Positions 9,475 through 19,596 of a stretch of DNA of 64,000 nucleotides are shown here, piece after piece. The DNA is from Longimicrobiales bacterium (lineage in GTDB: Bacteria > Gemmatimonadota > Gemmatimonadetes > Longimicrobiales > Gaopeijiaceae): the NCBI GenBank assembly GCA_965219445.1, contig CBDCNQ010000002.1, forward strand, positions 32,001 through 96,000, read 5' to 3'. The translations under genes were made by a program, and so were the position numbers. The first letter of the stretch is position 1; each line of letters starts with the position of its first letter. The notes beneath the pieces are model-generated. The model was given only the letters and a program-made list of their open reading frames with translations, had not been told where the DNA came from and did not search any database.

Positions 9475-10881
9475 ATGCCTGACTTCGTTCTCCGAACCCA
9501 CCTGGACCATCCCGTCGCTAAGGTGTTCGCGTGGCATATGCGTCCCGGTGCCCTCGAGCGGCTCATCCCGCCATGGGAGAGGGTCACGATCGAGAGCCGT
9601 GAGGGAACACCGGCAACGGGCGGGCGCGTCGCGTTTCGGGTTCGGCGTGGTCCGACCGAAATCCGGTTCGAGGCGCTCCACACCGATTTCGAGCAAGACC
9701 GCTTCTTCCGTGACGAGCAGATCCGGGGACCCTTCACGCGATGGGTTCACACCCATCGCTTCGAGCGGGCAAACGAGGATGGATGTACGGTGGAGGACCA
9801 GGTCGATTGGGCACTACCTTTGGGCACTGCCAGGCGCCTGCTGGGAGGGTCGAGCGCGGAGGCGGAGTTGGGACGGCTCTTCACGTTCCGACATCGTAGG
9901 CTCCAGCACGACCTCGACCGAATGGCCCGTTACGGGAACGGGGGACCCCTGAAGGTTGCCGTCACCGGATCACGTGGTCTGATCGGCCGCACCCTTTGCG
10001 ACGTACTCACCACCAGTGGCCACCGTGTCGTTCGCCTGGTCCGCAGCCGGGAAGCACAGACGTCGGAAGACGTGTTTTGGGATCCGATCGAGGGCACCGT
10101 CGAAGAAGAGAGGCTCGAGGGACTCGACGTAGTCGTACACCTGGCGGGGGAACCCCTACTCGGCCTTCGTTGGACTGATGAAAAAAAGAAGCACATTTGG
10201 GCGAGCAGAGTGGAAGGTACCGAGCACCTTTCACGTGCCTTGGCGCGGCTCCGGCGTCCCCCCGCAGTGCTCGTCTCTGCGTCCGCCGTGGGCTTCTACG
10301 GGAACCGCGGTGATCAAGCGTTGATTGAGAGCGCCAAGCCCGGCAAGGGATTTCTTGCCGAGCTTTGCCAGGCCTGGGAAGCAGCCACGCGTCCCGCGGC
10401 ACGTATGGGCATCCGGGTCGTTTACCTACGGACCGGACTCGTACTTACGCCGGCCGGCGGCGCGCTCGGTACCATGCTGCTCCCGTTCAAGATAGGCGTC
10501 GGTGGACGGCTTGGGAGTGGGCGGCAGTACGTGAGTTGGATCGATCACGACGACTTGTTGGGCATGATCATTCACGTCATCCATACGCCGTCGATCCGAG
10601 GGGGGGTGAATGCCACGGCGCCCTATCCGGTTCCCAATTCCACGTTTACCAGCACGCTCGGCCGCGTACTCCAGCGCCCGACCTTGATTCCCGTACCCGG
10701 TCTGGCGGTCCAGGCGCTGTTCGGTGAGATGGGCAAGGAGTTGCTGTTGCACGGACAGAGAATCCAGCCCGCGGTGGCTGAAGCATCGGGTTTCGAGTTC
10801 AAGTACCCGGGGCTGGAGGAATCCCTGCGCCATCAGTTGGGGCGACAGGTACAGTCTCTCGATAGGCCACAGCCCTCCTAG
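9475..10881 (+). CDS. TIGR01777-type NAD-dependent epimerase with N-terminal SRPBCC domain
   Basis: RPGALERLIPPW and GPFTRWVHTHRF, then VTGSRGLIG, HLAGE, SASAVGFYG, LGSGRQYVSWI. Confidence 0.85.
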   Translation: MPDFVLRTHLDHPVAKVFAWHMRPGALERLIPPWERVTIESREGTPATGGRVAFRVRRGPTEIRFEALHTDFEQDRFFRDEQIRGPFTRWVHTHRFERANEDGCTVEDQVDWALPLGTARRLLGGSSAEAELGRLFTFRHRRLQHDLDRMARYGNGGPLKVAVTGSRGLIGRTLCDVLTTSGHRVVRLVRSREAQTSEDVFWDPIEGTVEEERLEGLDVVVHLAGEPLLGLRWTDEKKKHIWASRVEGTEHLSRALARLRRPPAVLVSASAVGFYGNRGDQALIESAKPGKGFLAELCQAWEAATRPAARMGIRVVYLRTGLVLTPAGGALGTMLLPFKIGVGGRLGSGRQYVSWIDHDDLLGMIIHVIHTPSIRGGVNATAPYPVPNSTFTSTLGRVLQRPTLIPVPGLAVQALFGEMGKELLLHGQRIQPAVAEASGFEFKYPGLEESLRHQLGRQVQSLDRPQPS

Positions 10882-10927
10882 GAGGACCACACCGACACAG
10901 CATCGCCACAACCGTCGGCCAAGACCA

Positions 10928-11587
10928 CTACTCGAAGGATGCCCTCGGCAGACCTCCATCATCACCCAGAGACGGGTAAGGCGTTCCCCGGTCACGGCAG
11001 TAGCGGGCGATACGTGGATACGCCCACTCGAATAGGATCCGCTCCGAGTCCTCCGGGTCGATCCGGGACTCGTCATACATATTGGCCGCCTCACGTTGGC
11101 GAAACGCCTCGAAAAGCAGGAGGGCAGCCGCAACGGAAACGTTGAACGACCGGGCCATCCCTACCATAGGGATCGAAATCTGCAGATCCGCCAACGCGAG
11201 CGCCTCGTCGCTCAGGCCCAGAAGCTCCGCCCCCATCATAAGTGCGGTCGGTACCGTAAGATCCACCTCCCGAAAATCGACGGCTTCCGGACCCGGGTGT
11301 GCCGCCAGCACCCGGAAGCCGCGGCCCTTCAATTCCTCGATCGCTGCTTGGATCGTGCGGTGCCGTACCAATCGAACCCACTTGGCCGTTCCCGCGGAGG
11401 TGTGCGAATGAATCTGAAGTCCTTCGTCGGGGGGGACCGCATGAGCCTCCAACACTCCCACCGCGTCACAGTTACGGAGGATGGCCGAGAGATTGTGGCT
11501 CTTATGGACTCGCTCCATGAGCACCGTGAGGTCCGGTTGTCGCCGGCGTAGGGCTCGGGCCAGCCTCTGGAAACGCTCCGGGTTCAT
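10928..11587 (-). CDS. trmH: tRNA (guanosine-18-2'-O)-methyltransferase
   Basis: RQPDLTVLMERVHKSHNLSAILRNCDAVG; GAELLG; IPMVGMARSFNVSVA SPOUT motifs. Confidence 0.92.
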   Translation of the reverse strand: MNPERFQRLARALRRRQPDLTVLMERVHKSHNLSAILRNCDAVGVLEAHAVPPDEGLQIHSHTSAGTAKWVRLVRHRTIQAAIEELKGRGFRVLAAHPGPEAVDFREVDLTVPTALMMGAELLGLSDEALALADLQISIPMVGMARSFNVSVAAALLLFEAFRQREAANMYDESRIDPEDSERILFEWAYPRIARYCRDRGTPYPSLGDDGGLPRASFE

Positions 11588-11645
11588 CGTTGAAAGGTGC
11601 TCGCCCACCAGGGTCGGATGGCCGCTCTAGCCGCGAGCGCTCACG

Positions 11646-12061
11646 CTAGATTCCACGTCCCCAAGGGTCGTGTGCCGCGGATCCCGCTCCTAGCGGTGGG
11701 GATGGTGGCAGTTTTCCAAGGATCTCTTCGACCGTCTCGACGAGGTCTTGCGGCTCGACAGGCTTGACGAGCGCCGCGATCGCTCGAACTCCTCGGCTTT
11801 GTCGAGGTGTTGGGCAAGGCTGGAGACCGCGATTATGGCCGCCTCGGGATTGAGCGCGAGAATGTTTCGGATGAGGCTTAGCCCGTCCACTTTGGGCATC
11901 CGAAGATCCGTGATCACCAAAGCGATGTCGTTCTCCTCGTACATCGTCATCGCCGCCTCACCGTCACTCGCGAAGAGGGGTGTGTGCCCGGCATCCTCGA
12001 TAATTCTGGCCTCGAGAAACCGATCCATCTCTTCGTCATCGACTATCAGTACGTTGGCCAT
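11646..12061 (-). pseudogene. Single-domain response regulator with a 1-nt deletion frameshift near 11785
   Basis: VLIVDDE and ITDLRMPKVDG; adding one G after AEEF restores GAIAALVKPVEPQDLVETVEEIL (conserved KP) to TAG at 11646. Confidence 0.75.
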
Positions 12062-12362
12062 GGTGTGTATGGATCTGGGACACCCTGACTTAGGGGACGA
12101 TATTCAATCGATACGGAAGAAAGAGCGGGGACGCAACCGAGCGGCCAGATGATAGCGCCTGCACTCGACGTGCAGCTTTCCGTGCGGTGACACCCACGGT
12201 GACAGACCCTACGGTTGAAAGCTCAAGTGACATATCCCCGAGCAGGGCCTTACATTCCATCCCAGACGCGTACCTGAACAGCCTTCCGGTAAAGATGCCC
12301 GTGCCGGTGGGCGAGATGGTGGGTGACGTTCTCGGGCGAATGCAGAAGGGGGCCGCGTAGCG

Positions 12363-12920
12363 ATGTTTACTTCTCTCTGGCGACTGTTTCCGTTCTTTGG
12401 AGATTGGTGGTTACCGTTCGATGGTTCGTGGAGGAGGGTGTTGTTGCTGGCGCTGCTCATGCCGGGCGCTCTTAGCGCACAGCTCGAGTTCGGAATCGAC
12501 TCCGGAATCAGGATCGAGCGCACGGTCGGCGCCAACCGCACGACATTTCGCGTCCCGTCCGAATGGTTACGTGTAGGCATCCGCGGCCAGAGAATCTCAT
12601 TTGAATCTCTCATCAACTTCGCCCACCAACGCTTGAGCGGGCAGTCGGCGACAGAAATCGTGTTCATACCCGGCTTCGCCTACAACATCTTCCAGAGCTA
12701 CTACGTGCGTGGCGAGGTGGGAATGTTTTTGCGCAGCCAGGAAAACTCAAGCGCTAGCTAATTTGCTTACGGCATAGCGGTGGGCACGAAATATCCGCTC
12801 GGCACGAGGCCATTCTATGTGCGTCTTGAGACGGGCTTCGATAGGTGGGTTGAGAACGGAGACTTCTTCGAGAGCAGGGAGTTTCGATTGCTGGTTGGCC
12901 TAACGGTTATGGTGAATTGA
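12363..12920 (+). pseudogene. Small outer-membrane beta-barrel-like protein interrupted by an in-frame TAA at 12759-12761
   Basis: Signal-like segment then amphipathic strands; the same frame continues FAYGIAVGTKY...VRLETGFDRW...FRLLVGLTVMVN to TGA at 12920; true start uncertain. Confidence 0.65.
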
Positions 12921-13130
12921 GGGTGGCCCATGAATCGATATGGGGTGGAGACAGTGAGGGCTAGCTCGTCGAGCGCTGAGGCGACCGCTCTTACTGTAGC
13001 ACGTTCCCCGGCGGGCTTTACTGTACAAGATGTCTGGGAGGTGGAGGCCCACCCAACGGGAGCAGCAACCGAAGCAGTGGCGAATCAAACCGGACACGAA
13101 ACGTGACAATGTGGCGTGAATATGGAGAAA

Positions 13131-13213
13131 GCCGGGGTGGCGGAACGGTAGACGCAAGGGACTTAAAATCCCTCGGGAGAAATCCCATGTGGGTTCGATT
13201 CCCACCCCCGGCA
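13131..13213 (+). tRNA. tRNA-Leu (anticodon TAA), CCA not encoded
   Basis: Acceptor GCCGGGG/CCCCGGC+A; anticodon arm AGGGA-CTTAAAA-TCCCT; long variable arm; T arm GTGGG-TTCGATT-CCCAC. Confidence 0.97.
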
Positions 13214-13282
13214 CTTGGTCTAAGGCTCAGCAGGGCAGGGAATTAGGCGGATTCGTTCTACCTCCACTTCAGCCGACACTGA

Positions 13283-13561
13283 CTACGCTTTGGCGTCATT
13301 GTGCCGTGATTGTGCCGCTCTGAAGGCCGCGAGCTTCTCCAGGCCCTCCTCCAGGCTACGCTGATCTGCGATGGCGTAGCGGAGATAAACGGCCTCGGTC
13401 TTGTGTCCGGTGATCTTCATGGCGACGGAGCGTGAGACTCCAGCACGCTCCAGGTTCCGAACTGCCGTGCGGCGAAGATCGTGGAAAGTGGTGCCCGGCA
13501 CTCTGGCGTTCTCACATGCGGCGTTCCACGTCCAACGGATCGGGATACTCGCAGCGAACGG
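13283..13561 (-). mobile_element. Tyrosine recombinase/integrase C-terminal remnant next to the tRNA 3' end
   Basis: WNAACENARVPGTTFHDLRRTAVRNLERAGVSRSVAMKITGHKTEAVYLRY (HxLRR, GH, catalytic Tyr); frame closed upstream at 13562, so the N-terminal part is missing. Confidence 0.85.
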
Positions 13562-13575
13562 TCAGTCCAGTGCGA

Positions 13576-14322
13576 TCAGCCCGGCTTCCTCGAACAGTAG
13601 AAAAGGTCCTCCGAGGCGGGGTCGGCCAGTCCATATCGCTCGATATTCGCGTCCGCCACGAGGTCGCCAGCCGAAATGCGTGTGACCTCGAAGCCTGCGG
13701 CGGTCAACCTCTCCATGTAATCCGGGCCATAGCGACGGACATGACCTTTTTGCCCGAATCGACGAATCCGCTCCATCGGATCTGTCTCGGAGGGATCCTC
13801 GATAGTCTCATTGGCGGTAATCGGCACATTCAACATCGCCCAGCCGCTGGGCGCAAGGACCCTGCAGAGTTCGCGCATCGCCTGGCGATCGTCGGCCACA
13901 TGCTCCAAGACATGGCTGCAGTAGATGACGTCAAAGCTGCCATCCGGCCACGCGATGTCGGTGATGTCCATCGACTCCATGACCTCCGTTTTCAGGAGAT
14001 CGGCGGTCAAGTATCCATCACCAGCCGCCTCGGAGAACATCTGTCTGAAAAATCTCTCTGGAGCTATGTGAAGGAACCGTTTCGGTAAACCATCGAAGAG
14101 GTTGGTCCGCTCGCGGAGAAAGACGATGGCCAACCGGTGGCGCTCCAACGAACCACATTGTGGGCATTGAGCATCGGGCCTCGGACAAACACCGAACGAT
14201 AGGAACTTGCGTGACGAGCGATTGCAAACGGTGCACTGTCGGAAAGAACCAAAGTAGAGGACCCGCCCAAGGCCCCACCTCACCGTCAGTCTCCGGAAGA
14301 TCCTGGCGGCCTTAGAGGGCAT
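13576..14322 (-). CDS. Class I SAM-dependent methyltransferase with N-terminal Cys cluster
   Basis: CTVC...CPQCGSLERHR, LHIAPE, DITDI, FDVIYCSHVLEHV, RFGQKGHVRRYG; start could be 14364. Confidence 0.82.
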   Translation of the reverse strand: MPSKAARIFRRLTVRWGLGRVLYFGSFRQCTVCNRSSRKFLSFGVCPRPDAQCPQCGSLERHRLAIVFLRERTNLFDGLPKRFLHIAPERFFRQMFSEAAGDGYLTADLLKTEVMESMDITDIAWPDGSFDVIYCSHVLEHVADDRQAMRELCRVLAPSGWAMLNVPITANETIEDPSETDPMERIRRFGQKGHVRRYGPDYMERLTAAGFEVTRISAGDLVADANIERYGLADPASEDLFYCSRKPG

Positions 14323-14560
14323 AGTGATGTCTACAGGCAGCCATGCCGCCTTCGCCCAGCTCACGCTCTATCGCGTACCGGCCTTCTAGGGCTGCGTTGA
14401 GACGCTCGACCATGTCGGACATGGAGGTCAACATGCGTCTAAGACGTGTGGGGCGGCAAGGATCTGAGCCAGGTGAGCGACGCCGCAGAGGCCCATCGGT
14501 TGATCCCTGACAACGAGGTCTCAGGCAACGTGGTGCTTCTGCCGTGGGCCTAGCCTTCCC

Positions 14561-15913
14561 CTACACCACTCCGTAGGCCAGCATCGCGTCGGCGACCTTG
14601 ATGAACGCCGCGATGTTCGCGCCCTTCACGTAGTCGATATAGTCGTCGCCGGGGGTCCGGCCGTACTCGGCGCAACGGTCGTGGATGCCGGTCATGATAT
14701 CGCACAGGAGCTTCTGGAGCTCCTCTTCCTTCCACGTGATTCGCGCGGAGTTCTGGCTCATTTCGAGGCCGGAGACAGCTACGCCGCCGGCGTTCGCGGC
14801 CTTGCTGGGGGCGAAGAGGATCCTCGCCTCGATGAAGGCACGGATTCCGTCCTGCTCGGTCGGCATGTTCGCGCCCTCGGAGACACCGCGGATCCCGTTT
14901 CTGATGAGAACGTTCGCGTCCTCGGTCGAGATCTCGTTCTGCGTGGCGCAAGGGAAGGCGAGATCCGCCTCGATGTCCCAGGGGCGGCCCACGTGGTGCT
15001 CGCAGCCGAACTCCGCGGCGTACTCGCTCATGCGGCCTCGACGGACGTTCTTCAGCTCCATCACCCAGGCCAACTTCTCCTCGTCGATGCCGTCCGGGTC
15101 ATAGATGAAGCCGCTCGAGTCGGAGAGCGTGACGGCCGTGCCGCCCAGCTGGTTGATCCTCTCTACGGCGTACTGCGCGACATTGCCGGAGCCGGATACG
15201 AGGCAGCGCTTGCCCTCCACCGAGTCCTTCACGTTGGCGAGCATCGACTCCATGAAGTACACGGTTCCGTAGCCCGTCGCCTCGGTGCGAATCGGACTCC
15301 CGCCGTACTCCATGCCCTTGCCGGTGAGGACCCCGACGAAGCGGTTCGTCAGTCGCTTGTACTGCCCGAAGAGGTAGCCGATCTCGCGCGCTCCCACTCC
15401 GATGTCGCCGGCGGGCACGTCGGTGTCCTCACCTACATGCCGGTAGAGCTCGCTCATGAAGCTCTGGCAGAAGCGCATGACCTCGCTAGTGGACTTGCCC
15501 CTCGGATTGAAGTTCGCGCCGCCCTTGGCGCCACCCATGGGCAGACCGGTAAGGCTGTTCTTGAAGGTCTGCTCGAAGGCCAGGAACTTGAGGATGCTCT
15601 GGGTCACGCTCGGGTGGAAGCGGAGGCCTCCCTTGTAAGGGCCGATCGCATTGTTGTTCTGAACGCGCCAGCCGCGCTGCACGCGGACGTTCCCGTCGTC
15701 GTCCTCCCAGCAGACGCGGAAGCTCACCACGCGGTCCGGCTCGGCGATACGCCGCAGGATCTGCGCGTCGTGGTAGATCTCCTTGTCGGCGATGTAGTCG
15801 AAGACATTGCTCGCCACCTCGTAGACGGCCTGCTGGAACTCTGTCTCTCCGGGATTACGCCTCCTCAAGCCCTCCATGAACTGCTCGAGATTGACGTGGT
15901 CCGATATGGCCAT
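14561..15913 (-). CDS. gdhA: NADP-specific glutamate dehydrogenase
   Basis: GPYKGGLRFHPSV, LPMGGAKGG, DVPAGDIGVG, SGSGNVA, EGANMP, KAANAGGVAVSGLEMSQN. Confidence 0.95.
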   Translation of the reverse strand: MAISDHVNLEQFMEGLRRRNPGETEFQQAVYEVASNVFDYIADKEIYHDAQILRRIAEPDRVVSFRVCWEDDDGNVRVQRGWRVQNNNAIGPYKGGLRFHPSVTQSILKFLAFEQTFKNSLTGLPMGGAKGGANFNPRGKSTSEVMRFCQSFMSELYRHVGEDTDVPAGDIGVGAREIGYLFGQYKRLTNRFVGVLTGKGMEYGGSPIRTEATGYGTVYFMESMLANVKDSVEGKRCLVSGSGNVAQYAVERINQLGGTAVTLSDSSGFIYDPDGIDEEKLAWVMELKNVRRGRMSEYAAEFGCEHHVGRPWDIEADLAFPCATQNEISTEDANVLIRNGIRGVSEGANMPTEQDGIRAFIEARILFAPSKAANAGGVAVSGLEMSQNSARITWKEEELQKLLCDIMTGIHDRCAEYGRTPGDDYIDYVKGANIAAFIKVADAMLAYGVV

Positions 15914-16208
15914 GGGATTCCCCTTCAAGGAGGCCCGAGCGGGGCTCTCGCCTGGGCGGGAGGAGCAGCCGTTGTGGGCCTGCGCGAGCGAGAAAATAGC
16001 GATGAGATGGTTTCTCGCGAATCCTGACCTACTCAGGTCAGCCGCGATATGTAAAATCTCGGGGAGTGTACGCAGGGTTCGTCGGAGTGACCATCGTCAG
16101 CGTGCCGGTGCTTATCACTTCCCTGAGCCAGGCAGCCGACCGCGCCGGGGAGAGCTGGTGCCCTTCGGACGCCCTCCCCCCGACGCATCCTGCGTCCGCG
16201 TGTTTGCG

Positions 16209-16655
16209 TCAGCCGGCGGTCGCTAGGACCGAGCCGACATCGCGGTGACGGAGCCGGGCGTAAACCAGGCCGAGGACACCGCCGTACACCAGGTGACCGA
16301 CCAAGCTGGGGAGCATGGCCGCAGCAGCGGCGGCATTCCAATTCACGCCGAGACCCATGCCCATGAAGAGCGGCATCAGGGTGAGCGGTCCAAGGATCCA
16401 CCAGGCCCCACCGTATGCGAGGCCGACCCCCACACCGCTGCGGATCCCGCTCACGAACCGGCCGAGTACGATGGCGAAGCCCGCCCCGATGATTACGCTG
16501 TTCACCATGTGCACAACGAAACCGGCACCGGCCGTCGGTTGGCCGATCATACTTCCGATCATTGGAAGCATGCCCATCATTCCCATCATCGCTCCGAAAA
16601 TCAAACCGCCTGCGAAGCCGCCGTAGGCGCCCAACTTCAGTTCTCTCGTGCTCAT
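16209..16655 (-). CDS. Four-helix Met/Gly-rich membrane protein of unknown function
   Basis: Four hydrophobic segments with intramembrane His (VVHMVNS, LVGHLVYG); GAGGGG RBS. Confidence 0.75.
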   Translation of the reverse strand: MSTRELKLGAYGGFAGGLIFGAMMGMMGMLPMIGSMIGQPTAGAGFVVHMVNSVIIGAGFAIVLGRFVSGIRSGVGVGLAYGGAWWILGPLTLMPLFMGMGLGVNWNAAAAAAMLPSLVGHLVYGGVLGLVYARLRHRDVGSVLATAG

Positions 16656-16783
16656 TTTATATCCCCTCGTTTAGTAGGTCTTCACGGTCGGACACCCAGC
16701 GAGATCGTGAACCGGATTCCGTCACTTGCCAGTGAGTGGGCGAAGGGGGCATTTCATTACACTGCAGACACATTCTCGCAGCT

Positions 16784-18046
16784 ATGGAGGAGCGGATTCC
16801 ACACGATAGCTCGACTGTTCCAGGGGGCCCTCCATCCCTGACTCTAAGTGACGTTGTCGAGTCGAGGGGACGCCTCGGAGATCAGGTGGTGCTCACCCCC
16901 TGTACGAGATCGATGGCGTTTGGCGATCTATTGGCATGCTCCCTCTGGCTCAAATTCGAGACCCGGCAGCGCACGGGCTCGTTCAAGGACCGCGGAGCGC
17001 TCAACAAGCTACTTCAGTTATCGGACGAGGAGCGTTCGCGGGGAATCGTGACGGCCAGTGCAGGCAACCACGCCCAAGCGGTTGCGCACCATGCCACACG
17101 CCTCGGAATTCCGGCGACGGTGGTGATGCCGATCGGTACCCCCCTGGTGAAAAGCGCGAACACCCGTTGCTTTGGAGCCCGTGTGATTCTACATGGGGAC
17201 ACGGTTTCCGAGTCCCTGGGCGAGGCCCTCCGCATGGTCGATCAGGACGACCTCGCCATGGTGCATCCCTACGACGATCGGGCGGTTATGGCGGGCCAGG
17301 GGACCATCGGCCTGGAACTCGTAGAACAGGTGGCTGACCTGACTCACATAGTGGTCCCTATCGGTGGGGGTGGGATCATTTCGGGAATCGCGGTTGCCGC
17401 CAAAGCCCTGAACCCTTCGCTCCGTATAGTCGGGGTGGAAGCTGCAGCCGCGCCTGCGGCCTACCGCTCGCGAGAGATGGGTGAGGTGACTCCCATCGAG
17501 AGCACTGAGACCATAGCCGACGGCATTGCGGTGCAGCGAATCGGCGACCTGGCCTTTCCTTTGATCGAGGAGTACGTGGATGACATCGTCATCGTTGAAG
17601 AGGAGGAGATTGCAAGCGCAGTCCTACTGCTTCTGGAACGAGAACGAACCGTGGTCGAAGGGGCGGGTGCAACACCCCTGGCGGCGTTGGTGGGCGGGCG
17701 GATCTCGGTCGGCGCCGACGACGTGGTTGCTGCGGTGCTGTGCGGCGGCAATATCGACGTGAACATGATCGCCCGCATCATCGAACGGGGATTGGTGGCG
17801 GATGGGCGGATGGCCAGGCTGATGGTGACCGTGCGGGACCGCCCAGGATCGCTGGCCGCACTGAGCAAGGTCGTGGCGGGTCTGGGTGCCAACGTTCTCG
17901 AGATCCGGCACCGTCGAGCGTTCGCTGACATCACTGTAGGCGACGTCGAGGTCGTGATGCACCTGGAGACGCGTGGGAGGGAGCACGTAGAGGAGATCGT
18001 CGCTGCGCTGGAGGCTTTCGGGCACACAGTAGGGGAGCACGTCTAG
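16784..18046 (+). CDS. ilvA: Threonine ammonia-lyase with one C-terminal ACT domain
   Basis: QRTGSFKDRGA PLP Lys, ASAGNHAQ, PIGGGG, CGGNID, DRPGSL; start uncertain. Confidence 0.9.
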   Translation: MEERIPHDSSTVPGGPPSLTLSDVVESRGRLGDQVVLTPCTRSMAFGDLLACSLWLKFETRQRTGSFKDRGALNKLLQLSDEERSRGIVTASAGNHAQAVAHHATRLGIPATVVMPIGTPLVKSANTRCFGARVILHGDTVSESLGEALRMVDQDDLAMVHPYDDRAVMAGQGTIGLELVEQVADLTHIVVPIGGGGIISGIAVAAKALNPSLRIVGVEAAAAPAAYRSREMGEVTPIESTETIADGIAVQRIGDLAFPLIEEYVDDIVIVEEEEIASAVLLLLERERTVVEGAGATPLAALVGGRISVGADDVVAAVLCGGNIDVNMIARIIERGLVADGRMARLMVTVRDRPGSLAALSKVVAGLGANVLEIRHRRAFADITVGDVEVVMHLETRGREHVEEIVAALEAFGHTVGEHV

Positions 18047-18127
18047 TGAGCCACCCCGAGCTTGCGCCTAACCTGGCCCAGCGATAGGATCCCGCTGTAG
18101 ACTTACCAGCGGGAGGAAGTACGCCTG

Positions 18128-18310
18128 ATGTTCAAGGGATTGGCCCATCTGGGGATGTGGACGTGCACTTGGATCGCATTCTGGCAGGGAGCCCAGATGA
18201 AGGGTGGGCCCGATGACGATTTCGTCACGGTCCTGTTCTGGCTCATATGCGGTTTCACGCTGTGGTTCGTGACCGACCCGCAGGAAGGAGCAGGTCCCCA
18301 GGGCTCGTGA
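18128..18310 (+). CDS. Small two-helix membrane protein, hypothetical
   Basis: GGAGG RBS, two hydrophobic stretches, fills the intergenic gap. Confidence 0.45.
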   Translation: MFKGLAHLGMWTCTWIAFWQGAQMKGGPDDDFVTVLFWLICGFTLWFVTDPQEGAGPQGS

Positions 18311-18388
18311 TTTTAATCTCGTGATCTTAATACAGTGGAGGTGAGGACGGTGCCCACACTCCCTTTGCCAAGCAGGGCTAGGAGTGCT

Positions 18389-19513
18389 TCACCAGCTCAC
18401 ACGTAGACCGGTCGTAAAAGCGAGGCCGGAGTATTCCCCACCGTCTGCGGCGCTGTCGTTCATAGCTCCGAACTGTAGACCGCTCTGCAATTTCAACTTG
18501 TGGCCGTAGAAGAAGTAATTGACCCCTGCGTAGAACTCGTTGTAGCGATCCCCACGACCAGCGGTCACCTGATTCTCGTACCGCGCCAGGCGGACACCGT
18601 TGGCGTCTCCACTACGGAGGTAAGTGTAGCGGCCGACTACCTGAAAGCGAGAAGTAAGGTTAAAGAAAGGCATCGTCATCACACCCCACAAGTCGCTCTG
18701 ACCCATGTAACCGAACCCCGAGGAAAAATCAGAGCGGAAACCCCACCGATCTGCCTCGAACCTGAAGTTCACGGAAGCCATGTGCTGAAGCTGTCGGGTG
18801 AAAGTGTTGTTCGAATCAGGGTCCTGATATACGTAGTTTCCCCTTAGCAGCGCGTCTTCAACTCCGAGAGCCTCAGAGAAGTCGTAGCCAAGGGACAGAA
18901 GCCCGAAACCACTCCCGTCGAACTCGCCAAATTCCCGATTCGCACTACCTCCAGAGTAAACGCCCAACTCGTAAACCCAGTGCGAGCGCCCGCCCGACGC
19001 GCCTACACCGGGCATGTACTCCTCGGGAAACCACATGTTGTTGGCGAGATTGCTCCGATCTATGGTCAGAAGCTCCTTTGACGAGGTCGACCCGTCCATC
19101 GTGAACGGAACTCCTTGCTTCCCGACCGTGAGTGTGAAGAGATCACTCGCCTCCCATTCGATATGAGTATCTGTGAGCCTCTTGTAGAACGGGGATCTTT
19201 CCTGAGGATTGAAGTCGGCCTCGACGTGCACGATGAACTGACGGAACAACTCCGATCTCACACCGAGCCGCATACGTCGGACATTCCATTCATCGTGCGT
19301 TCCCTGGTCCGCATCGACGGCCGCAAATTCGTACTGGAACCTTCCGCTGAAGAGCATGCTTTGAACCGTTTCGTTTTGGTCGTTGTGGTACCACTCGGCA
19401 AACGTCCAGATATCATCGTAGGTTGACTGCGCTGTGACCTGTTTTGATGCAGTCAGCACCAATAATCCGTTTGCAATGACGGCAAGAATGCTACAGGTCA
19501 GATTGAGTCTCAC
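18389..19513 (-). CDS. OprO/OprP-family (phosphate-selective type) porin
   Basis: GTG start with AAGGAG RBS; signal peptide; SGRFQY, VRRMRLG, VGKQ..PF, TSSKELLTIDRS; C-terminal Trp. Confidence 0.8.
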   Translation of the reverse strand: MRLNLTCSILAVIANGLLVLTASKQVTAQSTYDDIWTFAEWYHNDQNETVQSMLFSGRFQYEFAAVDADQGTHDEWNVRRMRLGVRSELFRQFIVHVEADFNPQERSPFYKRLTDTHIEWEASDLFTLTVGKQGVPFTMDGSTSSKELLTIDRSNLANNMWFPEEYMPGVGASGGRSHWVYELGVYSGGSANREFGEFDGSGFGLLSLGYDFSEALGVEDALLRGNYVYQDPDSNNTFTRQLQHMASVNFRFEADRWGFRSDFSSGFGYMGQSDLWGVMTMPFFNLTSRFQVVGRYTYLRSGDANGVRLARYENQVTAGRGDRYNEFYAGVNYFFYGHKLKLQSGLQFGAMNDSAADGGEYSGLAFTTGLRVSW

Positions 19514-19596
19514 ACGCCGCTCCTTTCGAAATCTGAATTCAAGCAACAAGATGCCTGTGTGCCATGAACTGTCTGGCCGGATAATGGATGGAGCCG

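Noticed and set aside
12270..12289. GTACCTGAACAGCCTTCCGG, resembling the right end of the 303-bp element
   Set aside because: Match of only about 13 nt with no internal homology or left end; may be chance.
12900..13214. 104-aa minus-strand ORF beginning MPGVGIEPT
   Set aside because: Typical antisense translation of a tRNA gene.
14681..16027. 448-aa ORF antisense to gdhA, and similar long antisense ORFs (2040-3494, 7979-9340, 19696-20718, 29243-30217, 57829-58761)
   Set aside because: Shadow frames of GC-rich genes with no recognisable motifs.
15988..16041. Inverted repeats upstream of gdhA (GCGAGAAA/TTTCTCGC; CTGACCT/AGGTCAG)
   Set aside because: Could be operators, but they match no motif I recognise and I saw no second copy; too weak to call.
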